From assembly GCA_951406725.2 (NCBI GenBank), contig OX597835.1:17980001-18044000 (forward strand): a stretch of DNA of 64,000 nucleotides, given 5' to 3'. The notes below the pieces were generated by a model. The model did not search any database. It had not been told where the DNA came from and was given only the letters and a program-made list of their open reading frames with translations. Both the position numbers and the translations under genes were made by a program. Numbering within the stretch: position 1 is the first letter of the stretch; each line of letters starts with the position of its first letter. Below are positions 14,580 to 28,685 of the stretch, one piece after another. The DNA comes from Octopus vulgaris (taxonomy: Eukaryota).

Positions 14580-15048
14580 TATTCTTTTTTCCCCATATAT
14601 TTACTCATATACATAACAAAAAAAGTAGATTACTTATCAATCACATTACCTACACCTGTCAAATTCACCGTCCATCAGTTAATCGAATATCGATATTTGT
14701 CTACTTCAATGCTGTAACCTCTGTGAGAACTATGAAGACGAATTATTTATTGTAAATAATTCTAGAAATATCTCCGGCTCGTCTCTGTTGACACTTCTAA
14801 TATAAAACATGTCAGCTGTTTTATTTTCAATACTAAACAGTACTATGGAATAAATCCATAGATTTTAGCTGTCACTTTATTTAGAAGCTAACGAAAGTTA
14901 TTGCCTAATTTAGGACAATTCTAAAACGATTCTTATTCTTAACGCCTCCCTTCCAATCTAGTCATTCTATCCTTACCCGCTCTCTGTAAAGTTGTTTAAA
15001 AATAATGGTAATTTTTTCTCTCTTTTTTTGTGTCTTTTATTTCTTTTG

Positions 15049-15297
15049 CGGAGGCGCGTGGCTTGGTGGTTAGGGTGTTGAAATCATGATCGAAAGGTTG
15101 TGGTTTCGATTCCTGGACCGGGCGATGCGTTGTGTTCTTGAGCAAAACACTTCATTTTCACGTTGCTCCAGTCCACTCAGCTGGCAAAAATGAGTAATCC
15201 CGCAAGAGACCAACGTCCAGTCCAGGTGGGGAATTTCTACGCCACTGAAACCGGTAAACCGGCCCTTATGATCCTGATATGGCTCGAGAAGGAACGT
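15049..15297 (+). mobile_element. SINE, family C head with an alternative tail
   Basis: ggaggcgcgtggcttggtggttaggg...gtgttcttgagcaaaacacttc...cagctggcaaaaatgag, then the tail gaccaacgtccagtccagg...gaaaccggtaaaccggccc. Confidence 0.85.
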
Positions 15298-15299
15298 TT

Positions 15300-16090
15300 T
15301 ATTTCTTTTAGATACCTGACTGTGGCCATGCTGAGCCACAGCCGAAAAGGATTTTAGTCGAACGAATCGACCCCCGTAATTGTATGTTTTCGAGTTTGTA
15401 ATTTATTCTGTCAGTCTTTTTGAGAGAATTGCTTTAGTTACGGGGACGTAAACATACCAGCAGCGGCTGTCCAGCAATGTTGGAACATATATACACACAC
15501 ACATACACAAATACACCTACACAAATACACACAGACACACATACGCGACCATCTTCTTTTAGTTTCCGTCTACGAAATTCACTCAGAAGTCTTTCGTCAG
15601 CACGCAATTATAGTAGAAAACACTCCCACAGTGTGCCACGCAGTGAAATGGTCCCTGAACTATGTGGTTGGGTTGAGAAGCAAATTTCAGGCGTAGGCGT
15701 GGCTGTGTGGTTAAACGCCCGGCTACAGGTTCAGTCCCACTACGTGGGATCTTAGGCAAGTGTCTTCTACTATAGCTACTTGTAAGTCGATTTGGTAGAC
15801 GGAAACTGAAAGAAGCCCTTCGTACACACACACAGACATACTCCCATACACACATATATGTATAGGTATCTTTGTGTGCGTCTGTGTGTTTGTCACCCCA
15901 CCATCACTTGACAACTGATGTTGGCGTGTTTACCTCGCCGTAACTTAGCGGTTCGGAGAAGAGACTGATAGAATATGTACTAGGCTTACGAAGAATAAGT
16001 CCTGGGGTCAATTTCTTCCACTAAAGCACTTAAAGCTGATGCTTCTGCTTGAGTGTATTCTAATGACTGGACTGAAACAAGTAACAGGGT
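15300..16090. mobile_element. Two family A SINEs head-to-head (~15300-15680 minus, ~15690-16090 plus)
   Basis: A minus copy (gtggccatgctgagc...gtccctgaactatgtggttgg) is followed directly by a plus copy (gcgtaggcgtggctgtgtgg...gactgaaacaagtaacag). Confidence 0.8.
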
Positions 16091-16313
16091 AACAGAGCAA
16101 CAACCATATTTGGTAAGTATTTTTTATTTATGAATTTTCATTTGCGTTATGAGTATCGAGATTTGAAATGAGGTCATGCAGAGTTATTCTTTATACCTTT
16201 CGACAAATTCGGATGCAGATACGCTAATCACTGTTGTTTATGTCGCAGGAAGTCAGTTTATCATTTTTACGATGACAATGCGTTCATTACAGGCTAGACC
16301 CATTGGCACAAAA

Positions 16314-16363
16314 TAATGCGGTACACCGGTGTTTCAACACCATATATCTCTTCAGCATCATTA
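16314..16363 (-). ncRNA. Type-I hammerhead ribozyme motif
   Basis: Minus strand: TAATGATG-CTGAAGA-GATA tatgg TGTT-GAAA-CACCGGTG (palindrome)-TA-CCGCATTA. The core is intact; stem I has 2 mismatches. Confidence 0.7.
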
Positions 16364-17987
16364 TTCGGACAGTTGTGTATAAACAGGAGCCAATAATGTT
16401 TCTTTACAATTTCAGCGTACAAATCGATCGCTAATGACTGCTGATATCTCCCAACCGTGTATAAATCATATTTACTCTAAGAATATGTAGATTAGAAACG
16501 TTTGCTTTTGTATCTAATTTTAATACGCTCCGGCGACCTCGAAACTAATTAAAACGTAATACTTTTAAAAGCAATTTTAAGCAGCTTTTACTTTATTCAG
16601 TCGTTGAACTTCGACCAGGTCAGAGCGCCGTTTTGTAGTGGTTATTTGATCAAACCGCCCCAAGTACTTGCTTGATTTCTTATAAGTGTGATATGTACGA
16701 TAATCCGCAAATGTCGAATTGCTAATTTACGGTATGTAAGGAAACCAACCGCATTGAAGACCGACCAGAAATACGCATACACTGAATGTACTGAATTGTC
16801 AAACATTTAAGCCAAATTTTCTCAAAAAAACTTATCCGACCGTCACATAGAAAAACTGATTTAACTGATTTGAGACACCAGCAAAAGACGAATTTCGACT
16901 GATGTACTTGCGCGTACAAATGCAGGTTCCCACAGCTTTATCGATCGCATTCCCACTAGGAATCGATTTTTGTAATTTTCTCAAGTATTATACAGGTATG
17001 GTTTTCTGGCTGGTCAGTGGTAGGGACTCCCGATGTTTAGTTCACCTTTTCTAGGACCTTCCTCGATAGAGAAATGAAGAAACGGATACCTAAGTAGTCA
17101 ATGGATCATAGGAGAGCGGCCATCATATATTTCGTGGCAGGTTCAGGACGAGTACGTTCCAGTTTCCTCATAATCTGATTCAGTCAACCATTCCCTACAT
17201 CCGTTGGGCTTTGCAATAGGTGATTGGAGTTGAAGGAAAAGAAAATCAAAGAAGAATATTCCGATGCCGCGAGTTTGTTTAAGGTGAATATGTCAGGAAG
17301 TTACCCACACACTTGATTCAGCCGAAACTTGATTTCCTCGACGGCACATATGGAATAAGACTTGTGGGATTCAGTTATTCAACCGCAACGAACCGCTGAT
17401 CAGCTACAGTTTTGAGTGGCACCTTCTGTAGCATGTCCGCCATGCTTCATCCATTGGTTCAACCATTCAGATCTTTTGTAATCATCATTCGTTTGTCGCA
17501 TTGCTGGGGTTTTTGGTGGTGGGACGCCCTTAGTCTTCCTCGTCTTCGACAGCGTTCCCAGAGTTAGCCATACGAGTGATTTAGAACCCCTACTGTCACC
17601 GCTTTCTCAGACACTGATGCATGCAAGCCCGTGCATCACGATATATGTATATGCATGTTTGTCTTCTGTTATATAATTCCCATTTGTCAAAGTATACGCT
17701 TACTCTGTTAGGCAATTCCTGTTAAATGTTGCACATCTTTTCAGAATAGAGATTATTTTATCCCATATTCCAGCTACTTAGAGTGCAATTTAATATTCTA
17801 TAATGTATTGAGTGCGCCTGTACCCCCACACACATACTCACATATACATACACACAGATATACTTGCATGTAGTATGTATATATACATACATATATACAC
17901 ACACACATATATATATATATAAAAGTATATATATATATATATATACATGTGTATATATGTATGTATGTATATATATATATACATATA

Positions 17988-18022
<35 letters not shown>

Positions 18023-18410
18023 TATACACATATATACATACGTATATATGTATACTTCTAAACTACTGCTTGCATATATATGCTTATATATGTATGTGCA
18101 TGCATGTATATATATATATATAACAAATTAATAAATAAAACATATATATATATATATATATGTGTATATGTATATGTGTATATATATACACATACATATA
18201 TACATGTATTGTACATACATATATATGTATATATGTATATATATATATGTGTATATATATACGTATGTATATATGTATACATTTAAATTAATGCTTGCAT
18301 AAATATGCGTATATAAGTATATATATGTGTATATATGTATATATATGCATATATATATATATATGCATACATATAGATATATATATATACATACAGATGT
18401 ATACATGTAT

Positions 18411-18453
<43 letters not shown>

Positions 18454-19065
18454 TATGTATACATGTATATACATACATATATATATATATATGCATACAT
18501 ATAGATATAGATATATACATACAGATGTATACATATATATTATATATATATATGTACGTCTGTATGTATGTCTATGAACATATATATATATGTTTGTAAA
18601 TGCATGTTATGTATACATCTGGAAATCTGTGAGATATAATTCTAAATAAGGGATGACAAAACGGCAAACGCGAACCTCCCCTCCCCCCTCACATCTTTTG
18701 AACGAAACTACAACTACTCCGGTAGCTGTCGAAGATAAATCATTTGATCTGATACAACATTTTAAAAGACGTTGATGTTTGTTATTGAAATTTCAAACTG
18801 TGAATATAATCAATGAAAATATTTTCAACTGTATCTAAATAATGGAACTGGAACTTGAAGAAGACAACAATAGGGAGGAGGCGGATTTAGCGGTATTGGC
18901 GAGATGGGGGGGAGGGGCGGTTGAAATATGAGGAATAAGCGAGAATAAACAGGAAATAGAGAAACGGAGTAAGAAGAATGGCATTATTTTATGTGCGTAT
19001 ACATATACATATACATACATACCTATATATATATATATATATGCACTTTGAGATTTATGTATAGA

Positions 19066-19105
<40 letters not shown>

Positions 19106-19197
19106 TAGGTATGTATACATATATAGATAGACAGATGAATAGATAGATAGATATACGTATGTATATGTGTAAAGGCACATCTATTCTTATACATAAA

Positions 19198-19262
<65 letters not shown>

Positions 19263-20291
19263 ATATGCACGCAGTCGTACAAAGAGACGGGTACGTCAAG
19301 AGGGAGTTATAGAACAAAATGGTGGTATTGTTTAATATAAGAACGCCATAATTTGTCTATACACATTCATACATATATATGTATATATATATATATGTAT
19401 ATATATACACACATATATATATATGCATATATATGCATATATATACAAATATACATACATACATATACGTACACCTATCAGTCAGTCTCACCCACTATTT
19501 CTCTCCCTCCTGCTCTCTCAGTATTTATATATATTATATACGTACAGACATAGATGAACGAGCATGTGCTTTATCTATACATGTATCCATCCACCCATCC
19601 AGCCAGCGAGCCATCCAGCCAGCCACCGACCCATATATACATACACGCACATGCAGTCATAAGTACAAATATGTCTGTTTGTGTACTCCTTTGTGTACGT
19701 GTTATATATATATGTACTGAATTTTATTCTGATTTTCTATAAAATTCCAGTGCGAAGAAATGTATTTTCGTATATAAGGTATCGAAGAGTAAACTCTTCC
19801 ATAGTTAACCAAAATACAGGAACTGTAATTTATCTTGCGTCTTTGGTTTCTGATTATATTTCTAAATATATACTGGCAGATCATCTTGTATTTGAGATTT
19901 TATCAGCTGGATCAATATTCCATCCAGCGTGTTAAACAGAGAACTATATATGCACACACACACACAGACACACACATATATATATATAAATATATAGATA
20001 AATATACAGATACATATATATTTATATATATAAACGTTTACATACATACATACATATATATATATATAATCATACACAAATATATACACGTACACACAGA
20101 CACACAGATATATGTTTATACATATATACATATACATGCATATATGTATATATATATATATATATATACACGCATATATATACGTAAATATGCGTGCACA
20201 TATAAGTGTGTGTCTGTATGTTATATGTATCTATCTATATATCAATGTATTCATCCATCCCTCCAACCATACATCAATTTCTCTGCCTGTG

Positions 20292-20353
<62 letters not shown>

Positions 20354-20458
20354 CCTATCTATCTACCTGTTTATCTCTCTGTGTATCATATGTTACATGC
20401 ATCTCTCTCTCTCTCACTCTGTATATCTTTTCAACATATGTATATATATATATATGCA

Positions 20459-20503
<45 letters not shown>

Positions 20504-21230
20504 TTATATATATGAATGCGTACATACATTCATACGTATATATACAGATGATAGATACATGTATACATACACAATTCTCCTTGTATATTGATTTTGATTT
20601 TATTTCCGGCTTAATTTTACGTTTTATATTGTGTTAGCTAGGACACTGGAAATATATGTCAATCAAATGTTCCCAGTATATACCTGGAAGCAGTGTATCA
20701 GTGCTCTGTACTTACTTATACACGTTTGATTGTAAGTTAGAACTGACCACATATGGCATTTCTAAGAAAAGAGAAAATGAAATGACAATTATTTGATTTT
20801 TTTCTCGTATTTTCAAAATCCTGAAATAAATACAGTGTTATTAAATGCAATGGCTTGGAGCAATATTTCGTTATAGCTTTTGCTATACTTTGACCGAGCA
20901 ACTGAGGGAGATATCTCAGGGCGTTTTTGTAAAATTAGTCTCCAAATGCAGTTGGTTTGCTCTTTCTATTGTGGTCTTCTGTTTTAGTAACACATTCCAT
21001 GCACTCGATGTTCACAGAAATACATGGAATTGCTCCGAGAAGTAATCTGAGATTATTAATTATGAGCAAAACTCTCACTTCACCGGGAGATAAAGCCTAA
21101 GAATACAAACCGTTTCTGCGTTATCTCACAAAAAATGTTCATGCAAAGATTGATGTTAGATATCTCTTGATGCATGTTTTATAAATTTTAAGCTCAAGTA
21201 CGGCACCGAACTGGCAGAATCATTAGCATA

Positions 21231-21393
21231 GCGCAGGAGTGGCTGTGTGGTAAGTAGCTTGTTTACCAACCCCATTGTTCCAGGTTCAGTCCCACTGCAT
21301 GGCATCTTGGGCAAGTATCTTCTACTATAGCCTCGGGCCGACCAAAGCCTTGTGAGTGGATTTGGTAGACGGAAACTGGAAGAAGCCCGTCGT

Positions 21394-21452
<59 letters not shown>

Positions 21453-21865
21453 GGCACAGGAGTGGCTGTGTGGTAAGTAGCTTGTTTACCAACCACATTG
21501 TTCCGGGTTCAGTCCCACTGCATGGGATCTTGGGCAAGTGTCTTCTACTAGAGCCTCGGGCCGACCAAAGTCTTGTGAGTGGATTTGGTAGACGGAAACT
21601 GGAAGAAGCCCGTCGTTTATATGTATATATATATATATGTGTGTGTTTGCGTGTCTGTGCTTGTCCCCTCAACATTGTTTGACAACCGATGCTGGTGTGG
21701 TTACGTCCCCGTAACTTAGCAGTTCGGCAAAAGAGACCGATAGAATAAGTACTAGACTTACAAAGAATAAGTCCTGGGTTCAATTTGCTCGACTAAAAGG
21801 TGGTGTTTCAGCATGGTCGCAATCAATTTACTGAAGCAAGTAAAAGAGAAAAAGAGTAAAGAGTA
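21231..21865 (+). mobile_element. Family A SINE with duplicated 5' half, nested in a family D SINE
   Basis: The head occurs at 21231 and again at ~21453. Family D sequence stops at ggcagaatcattagcat (~21229) and resumes at gccgaacaaaatgctaagcgg (~21867). Confidence 0.85.
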
Positions 21866-22229
21866 TGCCGAACAAAATGCTAAGCGGCATTCGGTCCGTC
21901 TTTACGTTCTGAATTCCAATTCCAACGAGACCGACTTACCCTTTCATTCCTTTCGTAGTCTATTAAACACGTATCAGTTAAACACTGGGTCGATGTGATC
22001 AATTTTCCCACTCACACAAACTTGCTTGGCTTGTGCCATAGTCTGAAACCATTGTGTAACGTGAGGCAAAGCGGCGAGCTGGAGGAACGTCAACATGCAG
22101 GGTGAATACTTAGCAACATTTAGGCTGTCTTTACATCCTGAATTGAAGGAGTCGATGAAGTGAGTACCAGTCGTTTACTGGCGGAACGATTTAACTGGCT
22201 TATCATATCCCACGTAATACTGGCCTAGT

Positions 22230-22619
22230 TGGATTGGAAGCATTCCGTCGGTTACGACAATGAGGGTTCCGGTTGATCCGAATCAACGGAACAGGCGGCT
22301 CGTGAAATTAACGTGTAAGTGGCTGAGCACTCCACAGACACGTGTACCCTTAACATAGTTCTCGGGGATATTCAGCGTGACACAGAAAGTGACAAGGCCG
22401 GCCCTTTGAAATACAGGTACAACAGAAACAGGAAGTAAGAGTGAGAGAAAGTTGTGGTGAAAGAGTACAGCAGGGATCACCACCATCCCCTGGCAGAGCC
22501 TCTCGGAGCTTTAGGTGTTTTCGCTCAATAAACACTCACAACGCCCGGTCTGGGAATCGAAACCGCGATCCTATGACAGCGAGTCCGCTGCCCTAACCAC
22601 TGGGCCATTGCGCCTCCAC
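22230..22619 (-). mobile_element. tRNA-derived SINE (family B head) with TSD
   Basis: Minus-strand head ggaggcgcaatggcccagtggttagggcagcggactcg...gtttcgattccc. Flanked by tactggcct(a/g)gt at 22218 and 22620. Confidence 0.9.
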
Positions 22620-23694
22620 TACTGGCCTGGTGCGGAAATGTGAAACAAATATGTAAGCTAGATTGATACCGTAAGGTAAGTTGTTCGCTTCGTAATCAGG
22701 TGTTTTCGTGGTAAATATACTCCGCCATATCTAAATCTTTTCAAGGGTCTTAACAGAATTATCTTTAGAACGGAAGCTATCTGGAATATCCTTACCTGAA
22801 CGGAGTTCAATAAACAGCGATAAATCTGCGTCGTTTGTTAAATGCAACCTGACTATCTGGACCTTCAGTTCATTTTCTAAATAATCCATTCTAATGTAAA
22901 CCTTGCGACCATTTCTCATATCTTGGGCTAACACCATATCCTGATCCGTTTCTATCAAGTACAGCAACCCGTGTCACTAATTACACACATGTATTTGACC
23001 TAAGTTTTTCAATATGAGTACACTACTTTTATTCCAGAGATTAATACTCATAAACAATGTTTATTCTGTGTGTAGATACTCCGCATCCCTTATACATCAA
23101 TACATTTCGCTGTCGCATAATAATATACAACGATCTTTATTAAACAGAATATGTATACACAAACACGTTCAGATATGCACATCAAGGAGAGCGTCTCTTA
23201 TGATATTCTTGAATATTGCTTCGTGCTTATTGGAGAATTTTTCTATTAGGAAACGGTTGCACGTTTTTCCTGCTGCCTTCTCTTGGATATTTATTAAAAG
23301 GACACTACTCAAAGGGCTAGATAAATACAATTTCGCCACGCCTTGAAACTCAAGACGTAAATATCTAAGAACATGTACAACGAACGTTTGTTTGTCTTCC
23401 ACCGTGGCTGCTACTTCATTTTATAGACTTTGATAAAACGGAACTTGATAGAATTTGAAGAGTTCAGAACTTAATTTGGACTCCTATCGCAGAATATAAT
23501 TTGACAATACAGAAGACTCAATTCTAACGTAACACTCGCCTTTCTAATATTTTCTCAAGATACAACAGATATTAAGTTGGTGATTGTTTCGTGTAGATTC
23601 TGACATTATAAATGCACCCAAATAAATTCTTCATGTATGAGTTGAGCTGTGGTCTTGGAACACACTTACTCCATTTAATAGGCCCAGGAATTAT

Positions 23695-24240
23695 TTAAGG
23701 CTGAAAAATGTTATTCGGCTCTCAACAGATTCCCCCAACCAACATAATGCTGTTGTGAGCATCCTAGATTTGTCCGTTTTAAAAGAGTTAGAATTTTTTT
23801 ACGGCTGAAGGGTTACAATTTTTTATGGCTGAAGAATTTGATCTGACACTAAACAGACATTCTTCATTTGGAGCGATAGTCATGAAACTGCAATAAGCGA
23901 CTAACACTTGCCCTTTTTTTAAAGGGTTAGATATTTTAACAACTGAAATATTTGAACTGACCCTAAATATTCATAAGAAGGAGATATAGACCTAATGCTT
24001 CTATAAACGGCTTAAACTTAACATTTTTAAAAAGGGTCTTGAAATATCTAAGGCTGAAATAATTGGTCTGACTCTAAATAGACATAATACGAAAGCAGAT
24101 ATAGTCATAACGCTACTATAAACGGCTTAAACTCACATATTTAAATATGGTTAGAAATTCTTTTGGGCTGAAGTATTTTACCTGGCCTGAAAAGATTTGC
24201 TTAGCAAAGACACAAGATAATGCTACTGTAAGCAGTTTAT
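23695..24240. repeat. Diverged tandem repeat, ~111-115 bp unit, about 5 copies
   Basis: The motif ggctgaa..atttg..ctgac.ctaaa.agacat recurs at ~23697, 23827, 23941, 24052 and 24166; ctataaacggcttaaact occurs at 24001 and 24116. Confidence 0.75.
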
Positions 24241-24664
24241 AAAATAAACAACATCGTAATACATGTTACAGCAGTAATTATGTCAAGATTATCGATTCGT
24301 AGATCAACTTTACACTTTAAGATTTTTTTTCCAGGTTGTCTTGTTTAGATTTCCGGCCTCTTGTTTTTGTTATTTATATTGTTTTCATTATTGTTGTATA
24401 TATATATATATATATATATTCTTGTTATATGTGTTTATATACGTTGCTGTTGATTTATGTCTGATGTTTTCTTATTGTTGACATTCTTGTTTTTTGTTTG
24501 TTCTGAATTATTTGTTTTGAATTATTTAATTCGGTTTGTCGTTTCTTTTCAGATTTATTTCGCTGTCATTTCTTTTTGCGCCGAAACTAATCTAATAATA
24601 GCGCAAAATCACGTTCAGATCAGCTGAAGTATAATGCTATTATTATTATTATTATTATTACTTT

Positions 24665-24924
24665 ATTTTTTTTTTTCTTCTTTCAAATTTGCTTCCATTT
24701 CTTGCTGAGTGTCTTCCCGACTCCTAGGGCAAAGAAACTCATAGCATACATTGGTAGGCCATTAAACCAAACTCAGTAGTTCGTTATTTTTTTTTTTATT
24801 TTTTTTTTAAACTTAAATTAAAATACATGAGCAGCAACAGTTCTCACATCGACAATGCTCTTCCCAATACGTGTGATGTACCAGTTAAGACAATCTTTTG
24901 CACTTCTTGCAGGGATCATTCTCA

Positions 24925-24925
<1 letters not shown>
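24665..24925 (-). mobile_element. 3' end of an RLE-type (R4/NeSL-like) non-LTR retrotransposon in an (ATT)n tract
   Basis: Minus-strand LQEVQKIVLTGTSHVLGRALSM* resembles the R4-clade C-terminus (LQK..LLGT.HILR..L). It is followed by a 3' UTR and flanked by (ATT)n on both sides. Confidence 0.65.
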
Positions 24926-24999
<74 letters not shown>

Positions 25000-25023
25000 C
25001 ATTATTATTATTATTCATTATTA

Positions 25024-25074
<51 letters not shown>

Positions 25075-26176
25075 GTAGTAGTAGTAGTAGTAGTAATAGT
25101 AATGGTAGTAGTAGCAGCAGCAGCAGCATTGGTTGAGTGATGCAAAAGCGATGTTGCATTAATCGTTATAGCTGTTTATAATCCGAGTTCGAATTCCGCC
25201 GATGGTGTTTCATCTTTCCGAGGTAGATACAATAAAGTATCCGCCTCTACTGGGATCGACATAAGCGAACCACCTCTCCTCAAGTCTCTAGCCTATGTTG
25301 TGCCAATATTAGAAAATAAAATTATTATTATTATTGTTGTTATTGCTGCTGTTGTTACTATTGAGAGAGCAACAATGCCATTGTTGGAATACGACCGTAC
25401 GTAAGGAGTTTGGTGACATATTTCTCCTCTTGTACGCCGCACGGCCGCATCCTAACATAACATATTAATAATATAAGCCATAATAATGAATATATTATAT
25501 AGTGCCAAAGGAAATGAATAAAGGACTCCAAAACCGTTCTACTTTTATAAACAGAAGATAGATTTTATTCACAGTGTACAAAGTGAGTTGTATACTAGCG
25601 TAGTGTTGTTTTATGAATGCATGCATATAATATTTGTGTCTGTGTGTTCGTGTGTGCGACAGAAGGTACAGATTAAGGTGCATGCGAATACCGCACTTAG
25701 ATGCTAACCAATCAGATCAGTGGACACAACAAGGTTAAACTAGCCAAAGATGTCTGTAATCCCAAACAAGATCATTCCTAATGTTTTTCTCAAACAGTGA
25801 AGATATCAATATTGCTACACGATCAAAGTGATACTGGGGTACAATATACTCATTACGACTACCCGTTATGGTGATTTTATAGCAAGATTTTTGCAGCTTT
25901 GTCAAATATCATTTGTTTCGGGTCTTCAATAACCGCCGTAATCTTCGTTCTCCTGACATCGCTCTTCCTTGCATGTTGCATAATCTATCCCTTTATTTTT
26001 AATCCCCCCCCTCACTTTTTTCCTTAATATCTTTCCTAAGCATTTTGATACTTGCCTTTCTTGACTGGTACTTAAGTTATCGACCCCGAAAGGAGAAAAG
26101 GCAAAGTCGACCTCGGCGGAAGTCGAACTCAGTATGTAAAGATGCTGCTACTACTACTACTACCACCACCACCACC

Positions 26177-26244
<68 letters not shown>

Positions 26245-26278
26245 AACCACAACCACCACCACCACCACCACCACCACC

Positions 26279-26325
<47 letters not shown>

Positions 26326-26411
26326 CTGTAACGATGATAATAAATGAATTGGAAAACACGTCAGGATTTGGCTAGGGAAATACGAAAACTGTGGAGGGTT
26401 TTTTAAAAATG

Positions 26412-26999
26412 TATCGTATTCTGCGGCTTATAAGACGCTTCGATGCATCCCAATTTAGGTAATAATCAGGAAAAAATAAAAGAGTGTCGCGCACCAAATA
26501 ATATTTACTCTGTTAGCGAACACCAGAGAAATCCTGTCTCAACTCGTTCTTTCAGCAGTGACTTCCGAACCTCCAAAGTAACGTTTAATCTATTGGTGTT
26601 CTTCACTTCTATTTAAAAAAAAAACACTGTCAATAGATTATTGAGGAATTTTATTCACCTTCAAAAGCAGAAAAATCACTGTATTTGCACCATCACCGTC
26701 CTCAGTATAAAACTCTGAACTTTCGTCAATCTCATATACCAGGCGATCTTCTGTCCCATCTAAAGCGTTAGTTTCTCTTTTTCTCTTTTCTCTTTTACAT
26801 GTTTCAGTCATTTGACTGCGGCCATGCTGGAACACCGCCTTTAATCGAGCAACTTGACCCCGGGACTTATTCTTTTGTAAGCCCAGTACTTATTCTATCG
26901 GTCTCTTTTGCCGAACCGCTAAGTAACGGGGATATAAACACACCAGCATCGGTTGTCAAGCGATGCTAGGGGACAAACACAGACACACAAACACACACA

Positions 27000-27039
<40 letters not shown>

Positions 27040-28275
27040 TACGGCGGGCTTCTTTCAGTTTCCGTCTACCAAATCCACTCACAAGGCTTTGGTCTGACCG
27101 AGGATATAGTAGAAGGCACTTGCCCAAGGTGTCACGCAGTGGGACTGAACCCGAAACCATGTGGTTGGTAAACAAGCTACTTACCACACACCCGCTCCTT
27201 ACATCACATGTTTAAAGGACTTCACAGAAGTCTTAGTTTTCCTTTTCTCCCACGCAGTTTTTACCATTTGGCAAACTTGTGTAATAGATAGCTTTTTGAT
27301 TCTTCCAGTTGGTGCAATGTAATGTGGAATTTTCATCCATTTATCCCATTCTTCCCTCATAAAAAACTTTCAAGGGCTTTTTTAATTGACACATTGAGAG
27401 GTTGTAGTTGAAAAGTCAGAACTCCAGAAATTACAGCACCATTTTAACTGCTGTGGCTTTTTCTTTGTTGCCTTAGTTTTGTGAGCCCTGAATTGATTCT
27501 ACACCAATAAAGCTGATTTCTTCAGTAAACCACCTAGTCTCCTTGACAAAGCTATGTCAAACCAAAGCTGAACACCACTTCCTCCATCTAGCCTTTTTGG
27601 TGCGTGTGAATAATAATTCTGTTAGAATTTTGTCCTCCGGCATAAATATTCTCTTAAAGATCAAAACTAGAAGTAATTTGGTGCCAGCGGCTCAACACAA
27701 CAGAACTGTTATATAATTACTTTTTTTCATTACCTGATGTTTTAACAGTCACAGTTTTATTACCAAACAAATCAGCAGTCCCGTTAGAAGAAACATCAAA
27801 AGTGAAAGGGACCTAGTCCATATTTCCAAATTGGCTGAGGTTGTACATCGTTTGTTTTCTAGTATTAATTACAAATCTGTGAGATTCTATGGTTTTTGTT
27901 TTCATATTCATCAGGCATTCTCTGGGCAATCTCACTATGGGTCCTAATTAATAATTCACCGCGGTTCATAAACTGGTAACACCAGCCTGCACCGCCATGG
28001 AAATTTTCAATCTCATTTTGTGCTGCCCAAACTCTGGCCTCATTCATTATAATTGATGTAGACACGACATGATGGCAATTCGTTTCATTTATTACCCGGT
28101 TCTTAATTTCATCTTCCAGTGTTGGCCATCTTGTTGGTTTGTGACGAAAAGTTTTCTCCTGCACTGTCCTCAGTCTCCCTTCTGGTTGACGCCACTGCCA
28201 TCTTCTTCACAGTAGATGGTGGTCCACACTTCCTCACTGCAGGTCTGTTGCCATGTAATTTGGGCATAACCAGCT
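26412..28275 (-). mobile_element. pogo/Tigger DNA transposon remnant interrupted by a SINE
   Basis: CENP-B-type HTH (RWPTLEDEI...FHGGAGWCYQFMNR...RT..IAQRMP), NMD*VPFTFD, KTSGNEK, LQPLNVSI and NALDGTED. TIR-like TA-tcgtattctgcggcttataagacgc at 26412-26438. Confidence 0.85.
26774..27200 (-). mobile_element. SINE family A inserted in the pogo transposase
   Basis: Full-length reverse-complement match to the copy at 44553-44995. Confidence 0.9.
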
Positions 28276-28284
28276 ACTTTTTTT

Positions 28285-28685
28285 ACTATTTTACTTGTTT
28301 CAGTCATTTGAATATGGCCATGCTGGAGCACCGCCTTTAGTCGAGCAAACCGACCTCATGACTTATTCTTTGTAAGCCTAGTACTTATTCTATCGGTCAC
28401 TTTTGCCGAACCACTAAGTTACGGGGACGTAAACACACCAGCATCGGTTGTCAAGCGGTGTTGGGTGGACAAACACAGACACACAAACATATACACGCAC
28501 ATACATATACATATATACATATATACCACGGGTTTCTGTCAGTTTCCGTCTACAAAATCCATTCGAAAGTCTTTGGTCGGCCCGAAGCTATAGTAGAAGA
28601 CACTTACCCACGGTGCCACGCAGTGAGGTTGAACCCGGAACCATATGGTTTGTAAGCAAGCTACTTACCACACAGCCACTCCTAC
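28285..28685 (-). mobile_element. SINE family A
   Basis: ttttacttgtttcagtcatttg...ctacttaccacacagccactcct, full length on the minus strand. Confidence 0.9.

Noticed and set aside
17000-17620. Possible decayed retroelement ORF1 on the minus strand
   Set aside because: GC-richer and coding-like, but no motif I can identify with confidence.
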